This document shows, piece after piece, positions 1 to 9,328 of a DNA stretch of 64,000 nt. The position numbers and the translations under genes are program-made. The notes under the pieces are model-generated. The model was given only the letters and a program-made list of their open reading frames with translations, was not told the DNA's origin and made no database searches. Origin of the DNA: Parcubacteria group bacterium GW2011_GWA2_38_13b (lineage in GTDB: Bacteria; Patescibacteriota; Minisyncoccia; GWA2-38-13b). Within the stretch, counting starts at the first letter, position 1, and every line of letters begins with the position of its first letter. The stretch is taken from NCBI GenBank assembly GCA_000992445.2, contig LBUF02000011.1, positions 35,556 to 99,555 of the forward strand. The letters run 5' to 3'.

Positions 1-77
1 GCAACGGCAACCAATGGAAATAAATGTCCTCCCGTTCCGCCGCCGGTCAATAAAATACGTTTTGTCATATTTGTCAT
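1..77 (-). CDS. murG: MurG (lipid I N-acetylglucosamine transferase), N-terminal fragment; the gene runs off the window
   Basis: Minus-strand translation MTNMTKRILLTGGGTGGHLFPLVAV contains the MurG G-loop GGTGGH. It lies directly downstream of ftsW and murD. Confidence 0.8.
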   Translation of the reverse strand, partial: MTNMTKRILLTGGGTGGHLFPLVAV

Positions 78-83
78 AAAAGA

Positions 84-1184
84 TTATATCGTATGCTTTG
101 ATATATTTAATACTACTCCCATACCAAATAAATTTAAAGCCAGTGATGTTCCGCCGTAACTGATAAATGGCAATGGTACGCCGGTCATTGGCACAATGCC
201 CGATATTGACGCTATATTTATAAAGGCTTGAAAAATAATCCAAAATACGATGCCAAATGCCGTAAGTTCGGCAAATTTATCGGGAGCGTGTTTGGCTATT
301 TTAAATCCGCGTATTGCCAAAATTACAAATAAAGCAATAATAACCGTTCCTCCGACAAAACCCAGCTCTTCCGCTATGATTGCAAAAATTGAATCGCCGA
401 TGACCTCCGGAAGATACAATATTTTTTGCTGGCCATAACCATAACCCAAACCCCATAACCCTCCCATCCCTATAGCTATTAAAGCCTGATTGATTTGGTA
501 ACTGATTCCGGTCGGATCAATTCCCGGATTGATAAAAGCCGTAAAACGATCCATTCTGTAGGGCGCTGCTTTGACCAGAACGAACAAGGCGGCGGATCCG
601 GTTAAACAAATCAAGAAAAGATGGCGAATATCAGCTCCTGCCACGAAATAAATAGCGAGAGAAATCGCAGCAATCACGCCCAATGTACCGATATCCGGTT
701 GAGCGGCTACAAGCGCGCTGATTACGCTGAGTATAATGATAAAGGGGATAAAACCTTTATAGAAATCTTTAACATTTTTTTTCTTTTTTTCAAATAATGC
801 GGCGAGATAAAAGATAAAAAATAATTTTACAATTTCAGTCGGTTGGAACATTAAGCCCCCGAAAGCCAGCCACCTTGTGGCTATGCCACGATTAAAACCG
901 AAATTATCGCTAAAAACCATAAGCAATAAAACTATGCTTAAGATTATAAGCGGCAAACTTATTTTTTTCCAAAATTTATAATCTATCTTGAAACCAGCGT
1001 AAAAAAGCGCCAAACCAACCGCTAATCCATTGAATAATTGATGCTTAAGATAGTAGTATGGTTCGCCGAAATTTTCATTGGATATGACCACCGAAGCGCT
1101 GGAAAGAATAGTAATTCCAAAAACAACAAGAGCGAAAACAATATACAATAAAATTGTATCGTAATGATGTTTTCTTGAATTCAT
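84..1184 (-). CDS. ftsW: SEDS-family peptidoglycan polymerase FtsW
   Basis: Polytopic membrane protein with a SEDS C-terminal motif (PLPFISYGGTS). It sits between murD and murG and overlaps murD by 4 nt. Confidence 0.85.
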   Translation of the reverse strand: MNSRKHHYDTILLYIVFALVVFGITILSSASVVISNENFGEPYYYLKHQLFNGLAVGLALFYAGFKIDYKFWKKISLPLIILSIVLLLMVFSDNFGFNRGIATRWLAFGGLMFQPTEIVKLFFIFYLAALFEKKKKNVKDFYKGFIPFIIILSVISALVAAQPDIGTLGVIAAISLAIYFVAGADIRHLFLICLTGSAALFVLVKAAPYRMDRFTAFINPGIDPTGISYQINQALIAIGMGGLWGLGYGYGQQKILYLPEVIGDSIFAIIAEELGFVGGTVIIALFVILAIRGFKIAKHAPDKFAELTAFGIVFWIIFQAFINIASISGIVPMTGVPLPFISYGGTSLALNLFGMGVVLNISKHTI

Positions 1185-2596
1185 AAATTCGCTTTAATCG
1201 ATGCAATAAATTTGTCGCCGCGATCAAACTCGTTTTTAAATAAATTAAAACTGGCCGCTCCCGGAGAAAATATTACCACGTCGTTTTTAACGGCGCAGAA
1301 AATTGCATTTTTTACCGCCGTGTTTATGTTGTCAGCTTCAATTATCGGCACATTGGTTTTTAACAGCACAAGCTCTTTTTTCAATTTTTCCGATGCCGTA
1401 CCCGGCAACAATATGATATTTTTTACAAATTTTTTTATATATTTTGCTAGCCGGCGATAACTGTCTAGATTTTTATCAACGCCTCCGCATATAAGCACTA
1501 TTTTCTTTTGCGAACCATCGCCACCTTTTGTTTTCAAAGCTTCCACAACGGCATCAGGATTTGTTGCGGTTGTATCGTTTATGTATTCAATCCCGTTTTT
1601 TTGAATAATTTTTTCAAGGCGACCCGGTATACCCTTAAAATTTGATATCACGCGGCGAATTTTTGGCAAAAGTACGTTATACCGGCTAATCGCCGTTAAC
1701 GCGCCTAAAATATGCCTTAAATTATGCTCCCCTTCTATTTTTAAATTTTTTACGCGATAGATAAAATGATCCTTGTAAAAAATATCGCCATTTTTTACAT
1801 ACGCCGTAAAATCGCGCGAATTTTCATCAAACGAATAGTAAAGAATATTTCCTTTTACCGATTTCCGACTTATGCGACGCAACTTTTTATCGTCATAATT
1901 AAGAATTAAAAAATCTTCTGGTCTTTGATATTTATAAATATTTTTTTTAGCGGAAAAATATTTATTGAAACTGTCATAAGTGTTTAAATGATCAGGCAAT
2001 ATATTCGTGACAATTGCCGTATCGGGGCTTTTTCTGTGGCGAGCAAGACCTTCCAGTTGCCAGCTTGAAAGCTCCAAAACGACTAATGATTTTTTGTTTA
2101 ATTTCGGTAAAATTTCCAATACCGATTTTTGTATATTGCCTCCCAGAAAAATTTTTTTATATTTTCCTTGCCTGTCAAAAGGAAGGGATTTCAATAATTC
2201 ATAAACTAAAGTTGTCATAGTTGACTTGCCTTTCGTTCCCGTGATGCCAATAATCGGACAGGGGCAGTTGTTAAAAAAAATTCCGATATCCGTATCCAAT
2301 TTTACGTTATTTTCCCGCGCAATTTTTAAATAAGGCGAATTCAATCTTACCCCCGGTCCGTAAATGACCAAATCCGCGTTAATAAAATCTTCTTCGCGAT
2401 GACCGCCTAAAACATAATTAATTTTAAATTTATTTAATTGTTGGATTGATTCTTGGAGTTCGTTTTCGGTTTTTAAATCAGTGACAGTCACTCGCGCTCC
2501 GTTTTCGCAAAAAAAACGCGCCGCGCCGACTCCTCCTCCAAGAAGGCCCAAACCCACAACAGTAATCCGCTTGTTTTTAAAATCGTTGAATTTCAT
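1181..2596 (-). CDS. murD: UDP-N-acetylmuramoylalanine--D-glutamate ligase
   Basis: N-terminal Rossmann loop VVGLGLLGGG and Mur-ligase P-loop GITGTKGKST. Length is 471 aa. Confidence 0.9.
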   Translation of the reverse strand: MKFNDFKNKRITVVGLGLLGGGVGAARFFCENGARVTVTDLKTENELQESIQQLNKFKINYVLGGHREEDFINADLVIYGPGVRLNSPYLKIARENNVKLDTDIGIFFNNCPCPIIGITGTKGKSTMTTLVYELLKSLPFDRQGKYKKIFLGGNIQKSVLEILPKLNKKSLVVLELSSWQLEGLARHRKSPDTAIVTNILPDHLNTYDSFNKYFSAKKNIYKYQRPEDFLILNYDDKKLRRISRKSVKGNILYYSFDENSRDFTAYVKNGDIFYKDHFIYRVKNLKIEGEHNLRHILGALTAISRYNVLLPKIRRVISNFKGIPGRLEKIIQKNGIEYINDTTATNPDAVVEALKTKGGDGSQKKIVLICGGVDKNLDSYRRLAKYIKKFVKNIILLPGTASEKLKKELVLLKTNVPIIEADNINTAVKNAIFCAVKNDVVIFSPGAASFNLFKNEFDRGDKFIASIKANL

Positions 2597-2973
2597 TATA
2601 ATAAACCCCTGCTTTTTAATTCTTCGTAAAGTTCGTCAATTAACGTATCGTGCAATTCGTCTAAAATATAAGCGTTGTCTATTTTTTTTGCCATAGCAAC
2701 AGCATAATGCACGCCTTTTTCCATTGCCAAATCGGCAAGTATTTTTATCTGTCTTCGTCTCGCGGTTCCCTTGGTTGCCGCAGTTTGTTCTTTTATCTGT
2801 TTCGTCGAGGAACCATTAACGGGTTTCGTTTTTGACAAGTCATTTTTTTTCTTAATCGCGGGAATCGGTTCCTGCTCTTTTCCAATGATTTTTTGTTCTA
2901 AAGATAATTTTTCATCAATTTTTTTCTGTTCTCCCTCTTTTGATTTTTGTATTTTTTCCGAAATGATATCCAT
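2596..2973 (-). CDS. Hypothetical K/E-rich 125-aa protein
   Basis: ORF abuts the murD start and has no overlapping competitor with better coding character. No motif recognised. Confidence 0.45.
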   Translation of the reverse strand: MDIISEKIQKSKEGEQKKIDEKLSLEQKIIGKEQEPIPAIKKKNDLSKTKPVNGSSTKQIKEQTAATKGTARRRQIKILADLAMEKGVHYAVAMAKKIDNAYILDELHDTLIDELYEELKSRGLL

Positions 2974-3059
2974 ATTTTATATGTTACTTTAATGAATTAA
3001 ACCAATCAATGATATTATAACAAATTTATAAGTTATGATACAATACGGATATAAAAACT

Positions 3060-4982
3060 ATGAAATATAAAATAAGTATTATTGTCGTAATTTTATTTTT
3101 AGCAATGACTTTTCTCGCCATTGCCAGCGTTTGGAACGATTCCGCTATTATGGATGAAGCGAGCCATATTCCGGCCGGATATTCTTATATAGTTAAAAAA
3201 GATATGCGGATAAACCCGGAACATCCGCCGTTAGTAAAGGATTTGGCGGGAATTTCCGCGTTAATTTACTCAAAAATCAGCAACGACAAAATAAATTTTA
3301 ATGATGCGAGCCGCTTTTGGCAAAATGAGATAAACAGCCAATGGTCATTCGGTTTCAATTTTTTATATGACATCGGCAATAACGCCGATAACATAATTTT
3401 CTGGTCCCGCATTCCGTCAATTTTAATAATGCTTATTTTGGGTTTTTATATTTTCAAATGGGCGCGCGAACTTTACGGCCCAAAAGCAGGGCTTGTCGCT
3501 CTTTTTCTTTACGCGTTGTCCCCTACCGTTTTAACGCACGGACGGTTCGTGACGACGGATGTATCGGCCGCCGCGGGAATTTTCATCGCGACTTATTATT
3601 TTATCAAAGCGCTGCGAAATCCGTCTAAAAAAAATATTATTATTTCCGGAATTGTTTTGGGTATCGCGCTACTCCTGAAATTTTCCACATTTTTATTAAT
3701 CCCGTTTTTTGTTCTGTTAATCGTTATTTTTACAATAAGCCGGATATTAAATTATCCAAATGCTAATAAAATATCTATTGTATGGAAAAACGCCCTTCTT
3801 TTATTGATGATTTTCGTTATCGGGGCCATTATCCTTTATCCGATTTATCAATATCACGTTTGGAATTATCCCATCGCGCCAGCAACTCAAGAAGCAAGAA
3901 ATACTATTTTGCAAATTGATAATTGCGCAAACTTGAATTTGGAAAAATATCCCGTCAGCCAATTTCGCGATACGGTTTGCATTCTAAAAACCTACGGCAA
4001 TCGCCCGCTCGTCAATTTTGTGACATGGATGTCCGATAAACCGATTTTACGAAGTTACGGTCAATATCTGCTGGGCTTAATGATGGTCAACCAAAGAACG
4101 CTTGGCGGCAATACGACTTATTTTCTGGGACAAGTTTCAAATCTTGGCTGGCACTCTTATTTCCCGATTGTTTATCTTATAAAAGAACCGCTAACTTTGC
4201 ATATTTTAACGTTCATAGCGTTGATTTTCGCTTTAATAAAATTAGCAGTTTACAAGTGGAGAAGCTGGCGTTACGCGTTTAATTTCTGTTTGGCGGCAAT
4301 GTTTAAAAATCGCCTGCGAGAATTTTCCGAATTTATTCCCAAAAATATAGCGCAAATCGCAATGCTGATTTTTATAGTAATATACTGGACAATATCTGTC
4401 CGTAGCCGGTTGAATATCGGTATCCGCCATATTCTGCCGACAATTCCATTTGTCTACGTTTTAATTAGCGGCAATACGATAAACTTAATTGAAAAAATAA
4501 AAGACCGGAAAATATATTTTCTACTTTCTATTTTCTACTTTCTACTTTTTGGCTGGTATTTATACGCCAATTTATCCGCATTTCCCCACTACCTCGCCTA
4601 TTTTAATGAAACGGCTGGCGGATCGAAAAATGGCTATAAATATGTCGTTGACTCCAATTTGGATTGGGGACAGGATTTAAAACGATTAGCAATATGGGTA
4701 AATAAAAACAATGTAAATAAAATTAAACTTGACTATTTCGGCGGCGGCAATCCAAAATACTATTTGGGCGATAAATTTGAGCCGTGGCGGGGTTCACGGC
4801 CGGAAAACGAAGCATTGGGGGGCTGGCTCGCCGTATCCGCGACATTTTTGCAAGGCGGACGGGGAAATTCCGCGCCGGGATTCAAAGAACAAACCGATTA
4901 TTATAAATGGCTAAATAAATACACGCCCGCGACCGTCATCGGTCATTCGATATTTGTTTATAATTTGACAAATGCAAGATAA
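3060..4982 (+). CDS. GT-C fold membrane glycosyltransferase (family 39/83, ArnT/PMT-like)
   Basis: 640 aa with many TM segments. N-terminal loop has DEASH...EHPPL, as in the PMT_2/ArnT family. Confidence 0.7.
   Translation: MKYKISIIVVILFLAMTFLAIASVWNDSAIMDEASHIPAGYSYIVKKDMRINPEHPPLVKDLAGISALIYSKISNDKINFNDASRFWQNEINSQWSFGFNFLYDIGNNADNIIFWSRIPSILIMLILGFYIFKWARELYGPKAGLVALFLYALSPTVLTHGRFVTTDVSAAAGIFIATYYFIKALRNPSKKNIIISGIVLGIALLLKFSTFLLIPFFVLLIVIFTISRILNYPNANKISIVWKNALLLLMIFVIGAIILYPIYQYHVWNYPIAPATQEARNTILQIDNCANLNLEKYPVSQFRDTVCILKTYGNRPLVNFVTWMSDKPILRSYGQYLLGLMMVNQRTLGGNTTYFLGQVSNLGWHSYFPIVYLIKEPLTLHILTFIALIFALIKLAVYKWRSWRYAFNFCLAAMFKNRLREFSEFIPKNIAQIAMLIFIVIYWTISVRSRLNIGIRHILPTIPFVYVLISGNTINLIEKIKDRKIYFLLSIFYFLLFGWYLYANLSAFPHYLAYFNETAGGSKNGYKYVVDSNLDWGQDLKRLAIWVNKNNVNKIKLDYFGGGNPKYYLGDKFEPWRGSRPENEALGGWLAVSATFLQGGRGNSAPGFKEQTDYYKWLNKYTPATVIGHSIFVYNLTNAR
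4517..4550 (+). repeat. Tandem 14-nt (2 x 7) repeat TTTTCTACTTTCTA x2.4 inside the GT39 gene
   Basis: Read directly from the sequence. It encodes YFLLSIFYFLLF. Confidence 0.8.
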
Positions 4983-5054
4983 AAGAGTATAATTATACTG
5001 TAAATTTACGGTCTGTGTTTTTTAAAAATTTTTATACTGGAAAAGGAGAAGGAT

Positions 5055-5159
5055 ATGAATATTAACTGGATCATAGATAACCAACCTATGATAATAATTC
5101 TGACTTTTTATTTCGTTTTGATGGTATTATCAATATTATTGAAAATATGCACAAGATGA
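5055..5159 (+). CDS. Possible 34-aa hydrophobic peptide, or N-terminal stump of a gene cut by the IS
   Basis: Strong SD (AAAAGGAGAAGG) lies 4 nt before the ATG. Translation is MNINWIIDNQPMIIILTFYFVLMVLSILLKICTR. The TGA stop directly abuts the IS inverted repeat. Confidence 0.3.
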   Translation: MNINWIIDNQPMIIILTFYFVLMVLSILLKICTR

Positions 5160-5875
5160 GATACATAGGTAACACCTTGAAAATCAAGAAATATGGCAAA
5201 TAAAAGGTGGATTCAAGATGAAGCCGTGTATTATGATAGAACGATAATCAATAAAATATACGGTTCAGGTTTTCATTTGACGAATGACCTGCTGCCGCTC
5301 TATCATATGGCTTCATATTTCAATAAATACGCTAATTTATCCCGGCAAGCCAAACAAAGAATTAAATGGTTTGATTATTACCGTAAGCGCAAGAACGCGT
5401 CTTTGACCTGCCGTTGTTTCGGCATATCAAGAAAAACATTCCATAAGTGGAAAAACAGAATTGATTCTTTTTCCAAAGTCGCTTTCGCCAGAATGTATAA
5501 AAACGCCAACTCGTATAACGCTTCCGATTTTTTAAACAGGTTAATGTATCTGGTGAATGGAAACATTGATAATATCCAAACGGATAATGGATCTGAATTT
5601 GGAAAATACTTTAATCAAGCTTGCGTGAAATTAAAGCTTGGAAGATATTATTCCCGCGTCAGAACCCCGAAAGACAATCCGGTGAATGAAAGATTCAACA
5701 GAACCATACAATGCGAGTTTATTAATCTTGGTAATTTTACTCCCGATGTTGTAAAATTCAACAGAAACGTTACTGAATGGTTAATCGAATACAACTTTAA
5801 CAGGCCGCATGAATCTTTAAACTATGAAACGCCCATTAACTTTAACAATTCTGCGAAAGTGTTACCTATGTACCC
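5160..5875 (+). mobile_element. Internally deleted IS remnant (rve/DDE transposase type, IS481/IS3-like)
   Basis: Terminal inverted repeats GATACATAGGTAACAC (5160-5175) and GTGTTACCTATGTAC (5859-5873), with a 14-bp perfect core, bracket a truncated transposase ORF. The exact ends are uncertain. Confidence 0.6.
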
Positions 5876-5921
5876 GTCTGGTATAGCAAAAAATAAAAGA
5901 GGCTTAACCGCCTCTTTTTAA
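5193..5921 (+). pseudogene. Truncated DDE (rve) transposase
   Basis: N-terminal HTH (CFGISRKTFHKWKNR) runs straight into the distal catalytic core (IQTDNGSEF...NERFNRTIQCEF...NRPHESL). The first catalytic-Asp region is missing, and the ORF is 242 aa. Confidence 0.65.
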
Positions 5922-5927
5922 TTTTTG
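5896..5927 (+). terminator. Rho-independent terminator between the convergent tnp remnant and ftsQ
   Basis: AAAGAGGC-ttaacc-GCCTCTTT hairpin followed by a T-run. Confidence 0.6.
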
Positions 5928-5965
5928 TATCAGTTTTATTTTTCAAGTTTAAGATTTCGCGTCCA

Positions 5966-6868
5966 TCATCTGTAATAAACCCTATCCGGTATTCTTAAAT
6001 CAATGTACTCCAAATTTTTCCTTTCGGAAACGGTTATTTTTTTTTCCAAAACTTTTTCCAAAATTTCCATTTGATTTTCTATGTTTGCGTCTCTATCCAA
6101 GTAAATTTTCCAATTTTCGGAAGTTAAAATTTCCAAATCCGGCAATTTAAGATTTTTTATAAAAAACTTTATAATTTTAAGATTTTTCGTGTTGAAAGAT
6201 TTCTGAACAGACATAATGGATGCAATGATTCCATTATTTAATATTTTATCTCCTATTTTCACGTCTTTATCGTAAATTTCATCGATTCGTAAAATTAGCG
6301 ATCCGAACGATTGTGGCGCTTTGCTGAAAATTATTCCCGTATCGTCAATGTAATAACATCTGTCCGTTGGAATAAACTCCTCGGCAATTTCAATGTCTTT
6401 AATCGTCAATAAATCTCCGCTAACTTCGTTTATAATCGCTTCGTTTATATCTTTGTCCTGTTTGCGGATAACTGCTTTGCACCAAATCGCGAAAATTTCC
6501 CTTTCTTTAATCGCAATTTCTATTTTATGAAAATATTTTTTCGCAACTGACACTTCCCCTATCAATACATATTTATCTAAAATTTTTTGGGAAATTTCTT
6601 TTGATTTCGCTAAAATTATATTTCGCGGACGCCAAAAAAACAAAAAACGGCGGTTTAAATACTCGTCGACCGTTTGATCGATGTTTTTTTCGGAAATATT
6701 TTTATTGCCGTTTATAGCTATTTGATTTATTTGAAAAACCGGTGAAATAAAAAAAAGATAGAAAAAGCCGCCGCCGGCAAAAATCATTAATGCCAAAAAA
6801 AACTTCATTTTCAATGAAACTCGCGTTAGTTGCGTCGCGTATTTTTTTCGTTGATGATATATAATCAT
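5966..6868 (-). CDS. ftsQ: Cell division protein FtsQ/DivIB-like (TM + POTRA)
   Basis: Single N-terminal TM followed by a POTRA-like segment (INQIAINGNKNISEKNI). It overlaps alr by 4 nt. Confidence 0.6.
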   Translation of the reverse strand: MIIYHQRKKYATQLTRVSLKMKFFLALMIFAGGGFFYLFFISPVFQINQIAINGNKNISEKNIDQTVDEYLNRRFLFFWRPRNIILAKSKEISQKILDKYVLIGEVSVAKKYFHKIEIAIKEREIFAIWCKAVIRKQDKDINEAIINEVSGDLLTIKDIEIAEEFIPTDRCYYIDDTGIIFSKAPQSFGSLILRIDEIYDKDVKIGDKILNNGIIASIMSVQKSFNTKNLKIIKFFIKNLKLPDLEILTSENWKIYLDRDANIENQMEILEKVLEKKITVSERKNLEYIDLRIPDRVYYR

Positions 6869-7977
6869 AAATGTATTCTTGATACCAGCGGGTTAATTCT
6901 TGCCGTAATTTCATAATTGATTGTGCCACAATATTCGGCTATTTCTTCTACGGTTATTTCTTCTCGATCCTGTTTACCGAGCAATACCGCTTCATCGCCT
7001 ATTCGCGCATTTGGAATGTCTGTCACATCAACCATTGTCATATTCATACAAACTCTGCCTAAAATCTTGCATCGTTTGCCGTGAATCAAAACCTCGCCTA
7101 TTTTTGATAACCTTCTGTCGTAACCGTCCCAATAGCCAACTGGCAAGATAGCGATTTTTGTTTTTCGTTTCGTTATTTCCGCGCATCCATAACCTATGCA
7201 ATTTTCTTTTTCGGAATGTTTGAGTTGAATTATTCTCGTCTTCCATAACATCGCAGATCTCAATTCTATTTTTACACCAAGTTTTTCAGCCGTTATTTTT
7301 GCTTTTGATGACGGCCAAAGTCCGTAAATTCCTAGTCCTATCCTTACCGTGTTAAAACGAGATTCCTGAATAGTCAAAGCGGACGCGGTGGAAGCGATAT
7401 GTTTTATTTGCGGATATAATCCGTTGTTGTTGCATATTTTTATCGCTAATTTGAACTTTTCCAACTGCGATTTTACCGACTTTTCATTATCGCTATCGGC
7501 AAAATGAGAAAAAATTCCGATAATTTCAATATTTTTATACGTTTTAACGGATTTTAAAAATCGCGGCAAATCTTTAAGCGCAATCCCCAGCCGATTCAAA
7601 CCTGTTTCCATCTTAATGTGGATTTTCACTTTATCCGAACACGCCGCGCCCAACGCTTTAACGGTTTCAAAATCATAAACCGTTAAATGACAATTTAATT
7701 TTATTGCTTTTGGCAAATCATTGGCAAAAACATACCCTAATATCAAAATCGGTTTCGTTATTTTATTTTTCCGTAAAATTTCCGCTTCTTCCAAGGAAAA
7801 AACGCCGAGCATATCGGCGCCGTTTTTTTCAACTATCTTTGACACTTCAACGATGCCATATCCATAAGCGTTGGCTTTAACAATGGCTATAAAACAAACA
7901 TCTTTTTCCAGCAAAGACTTTATTGATTTTATATTGTGAACTATGTTTTCCTTGTTGATTTCAAGCCAAGATGCCAT
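6865..7977 (-). CDS. alr: Alanine racemase
   Basis: PLP-lysine motif AIVKANAYGYG. Length is 370 aa. Confidence 0.9.
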   Translation of the reverse strand: MASWLEINKENIVHNIKSIKSLLEKDVCFIAIVKANAYGYGIVEVSKIVEKNGADMLGVFSLEEAEILRKNKITKPILILGYVFANDLPKAIKLNCHLTVYDFETVKALGAACSDKVKIHIKMETGLNRLGIALKDLPRFLKSVKTYKNIEIIGIFSHFADSDNEKSVKSQLEKFKLAIKICNNNGLYPQIKHIASTASALTIQESRFNTVRIGLGIYGLWPSSKAKITAEKLGVKIELRSAMLWKTRIIQLKHSEKENCIGYGCAEITKRKTKIAILPVGYWDGYDRRLSKIGEVLIHGKRCKILGRVCMNMTMVDVTDIPNARIGDEAVLLGKQDREEITVEEIAEYCGTINYEITARINPLVSRIHL

Positions 7978-7987
7978 TGATATAAAA

Positions 7988-9322
7988 TTATTTTATTCTA
8001 TCCATTCCCATATATTCTTTTAAAACATCCGGCACCGTAATGGTTCCGTCTTTTTGCTGGTAATTTTCAATAATGGCGATCAGCGTTCTGCCGATGGCGA
8101 AAGCCGTACCGTTTATAGCATGAACAAAATTCATCCGTTGTTTGATATGCGGATTATTGGATTTAAAACGAGTATTCAAACGGCGTGTCTGAAAATCCGT
8201 GGTATTGGAAGTCGAATGGGTTTCACGATATGTCCCCTGCCCGGGCATCCACGCTTCTATATCGTATTTGGCGGCAGCCGGATCGCCCAAGTCGCCGGTG
8301 CAAATATTTAAAACCCTGTACGGAACTTCCAGTGTTTGCATCAATTTTTCTTCCATTTCCAGAAAAAATTTATGCTCTTCCGTCGATTTTTCCGGATGGC
8401 AAAAACTAAACATTTCTATTTTATCAAACTGATGCACTCTTAAAATTCCCCGCGTGTCTTTCCCGTATGAACCCGCTTCCCGCCTGAAACAAGTTGAAAA
8501 ACCGGCGTATCTTTTTGGCAAATCTTTTTCATTAAAAATTCCGTCCATATGCATCGCGCCGAGAGATTGTTCCGCGGTTCCCGTAAGATATAAACCATCT
8601 TTTTCTAAATGATATATTTCATCACCGCCCCTTTCCATATAACCCATCGCTCGCATCGCTTTTTCTTTTATCATTACGGGCGGTATGACCGGTATAAAAC
8701 CTTCTTTACCAAGTATATCAAACGCAAACTTTATTAAAGAAAGTTCCAAGAGAACGGATTCTTTTTTTAGATATCCGAAACGCGAACCGGAAACTTCCGC
8801 TGCGCTTTCCGTGTCGATCAATCCTATCTTTTCCGCTATCTCCATATAATCTTTCGGTTTAAATTCAAATTCTCTTTTTTCGCCGACTTCCCGCAACACG
8901 ATATTGCCGGATTCATCTTTGCCGATCGGTACTTCGTCAAAAGGCAAATTTGGAATCTGATAAATTAATTTTTCGTATTCCATTTCCATTATATTTAAAC
9001 TCGCTTCAATTTCTTTTAGATTTTTTTTCAATTCCTGCATATCTTTTATTCGTTCCCTCCTTTCCTCGCTTTTAATTTCGTCCATATATTTGTTGACTTT
9101 ATTCTGTTCCGCGCGCAATTTTTCAACTTCTTGAGTTAAACGCCTCTTTTCATTATCCAGTTCTGCAATTTTATCAATATCAACTTTAACATTTTTAAGC
9201 GCAATTTTATCTTTTACAAACTGCGGATTTTTACGGATTAAATTGATAATACTATTGTCTGTCATATTTATTTTTTCAATATTATTTTTCTTATTTATTA
9301 TTTCTTCCCTTAATTTTTCCAT
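7988..9322 (-). CDS. serS: Seryl-tRNA synthetase
   Basis: N-terminal coiled-coil arm plus a class II core (TGTAEQSL, GTAFAIGRTLIAIIENYQ). Confidence 0.95.
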   Translation of the reverse strand: MEKLREEIINKKNNIEKINMTDNSIINLIRKNPQFVKDKIALKNVKVDIDKIAELDNEKRRLTQEVEKLRAEQNKVNKYMDEIKSEERRERIKDMQELKKNLKEIEASLNIMEMEYEKLIYQIPNLPFDEVPIGKDESGNIVLREVGEKREFEFKPKDYMEIAEKIGLIDTESAAEVSGSRFGYLKKESVLLELSLIKFAFDILGKEGFIPVIPPVMIKEKAMRAMGYMERGGDEIYHLEKDGLYLTGTAEQSLGAMHMDGIFNEKDLPKRYAGFSTCFRREAGSYGKDTRGILRVHQFDKIEMFSFCHPEKSTEEHKFFLEMEEKLMQTLEVPYRVLNICTGDLGDPAAAKYDIEAWMPGQGTYRETHSTSNTTDFQTRRLNTRFKSNNPHIKQRMNFVHAINGTAFAIGRTLIAIIENYQQKDGTITVPDVLKEYMGMDRIK

Positions 9323-9328
9323 ATTTTT

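Noticed and set aside
5193-5921. Functional transposase
   Set aside because: Only 242 aa. The HTH joins directly to the second half of the rve core, and the first catalytic Asp region is missing. It is treated as a pseudogene within a non-autonomous IS remnant.
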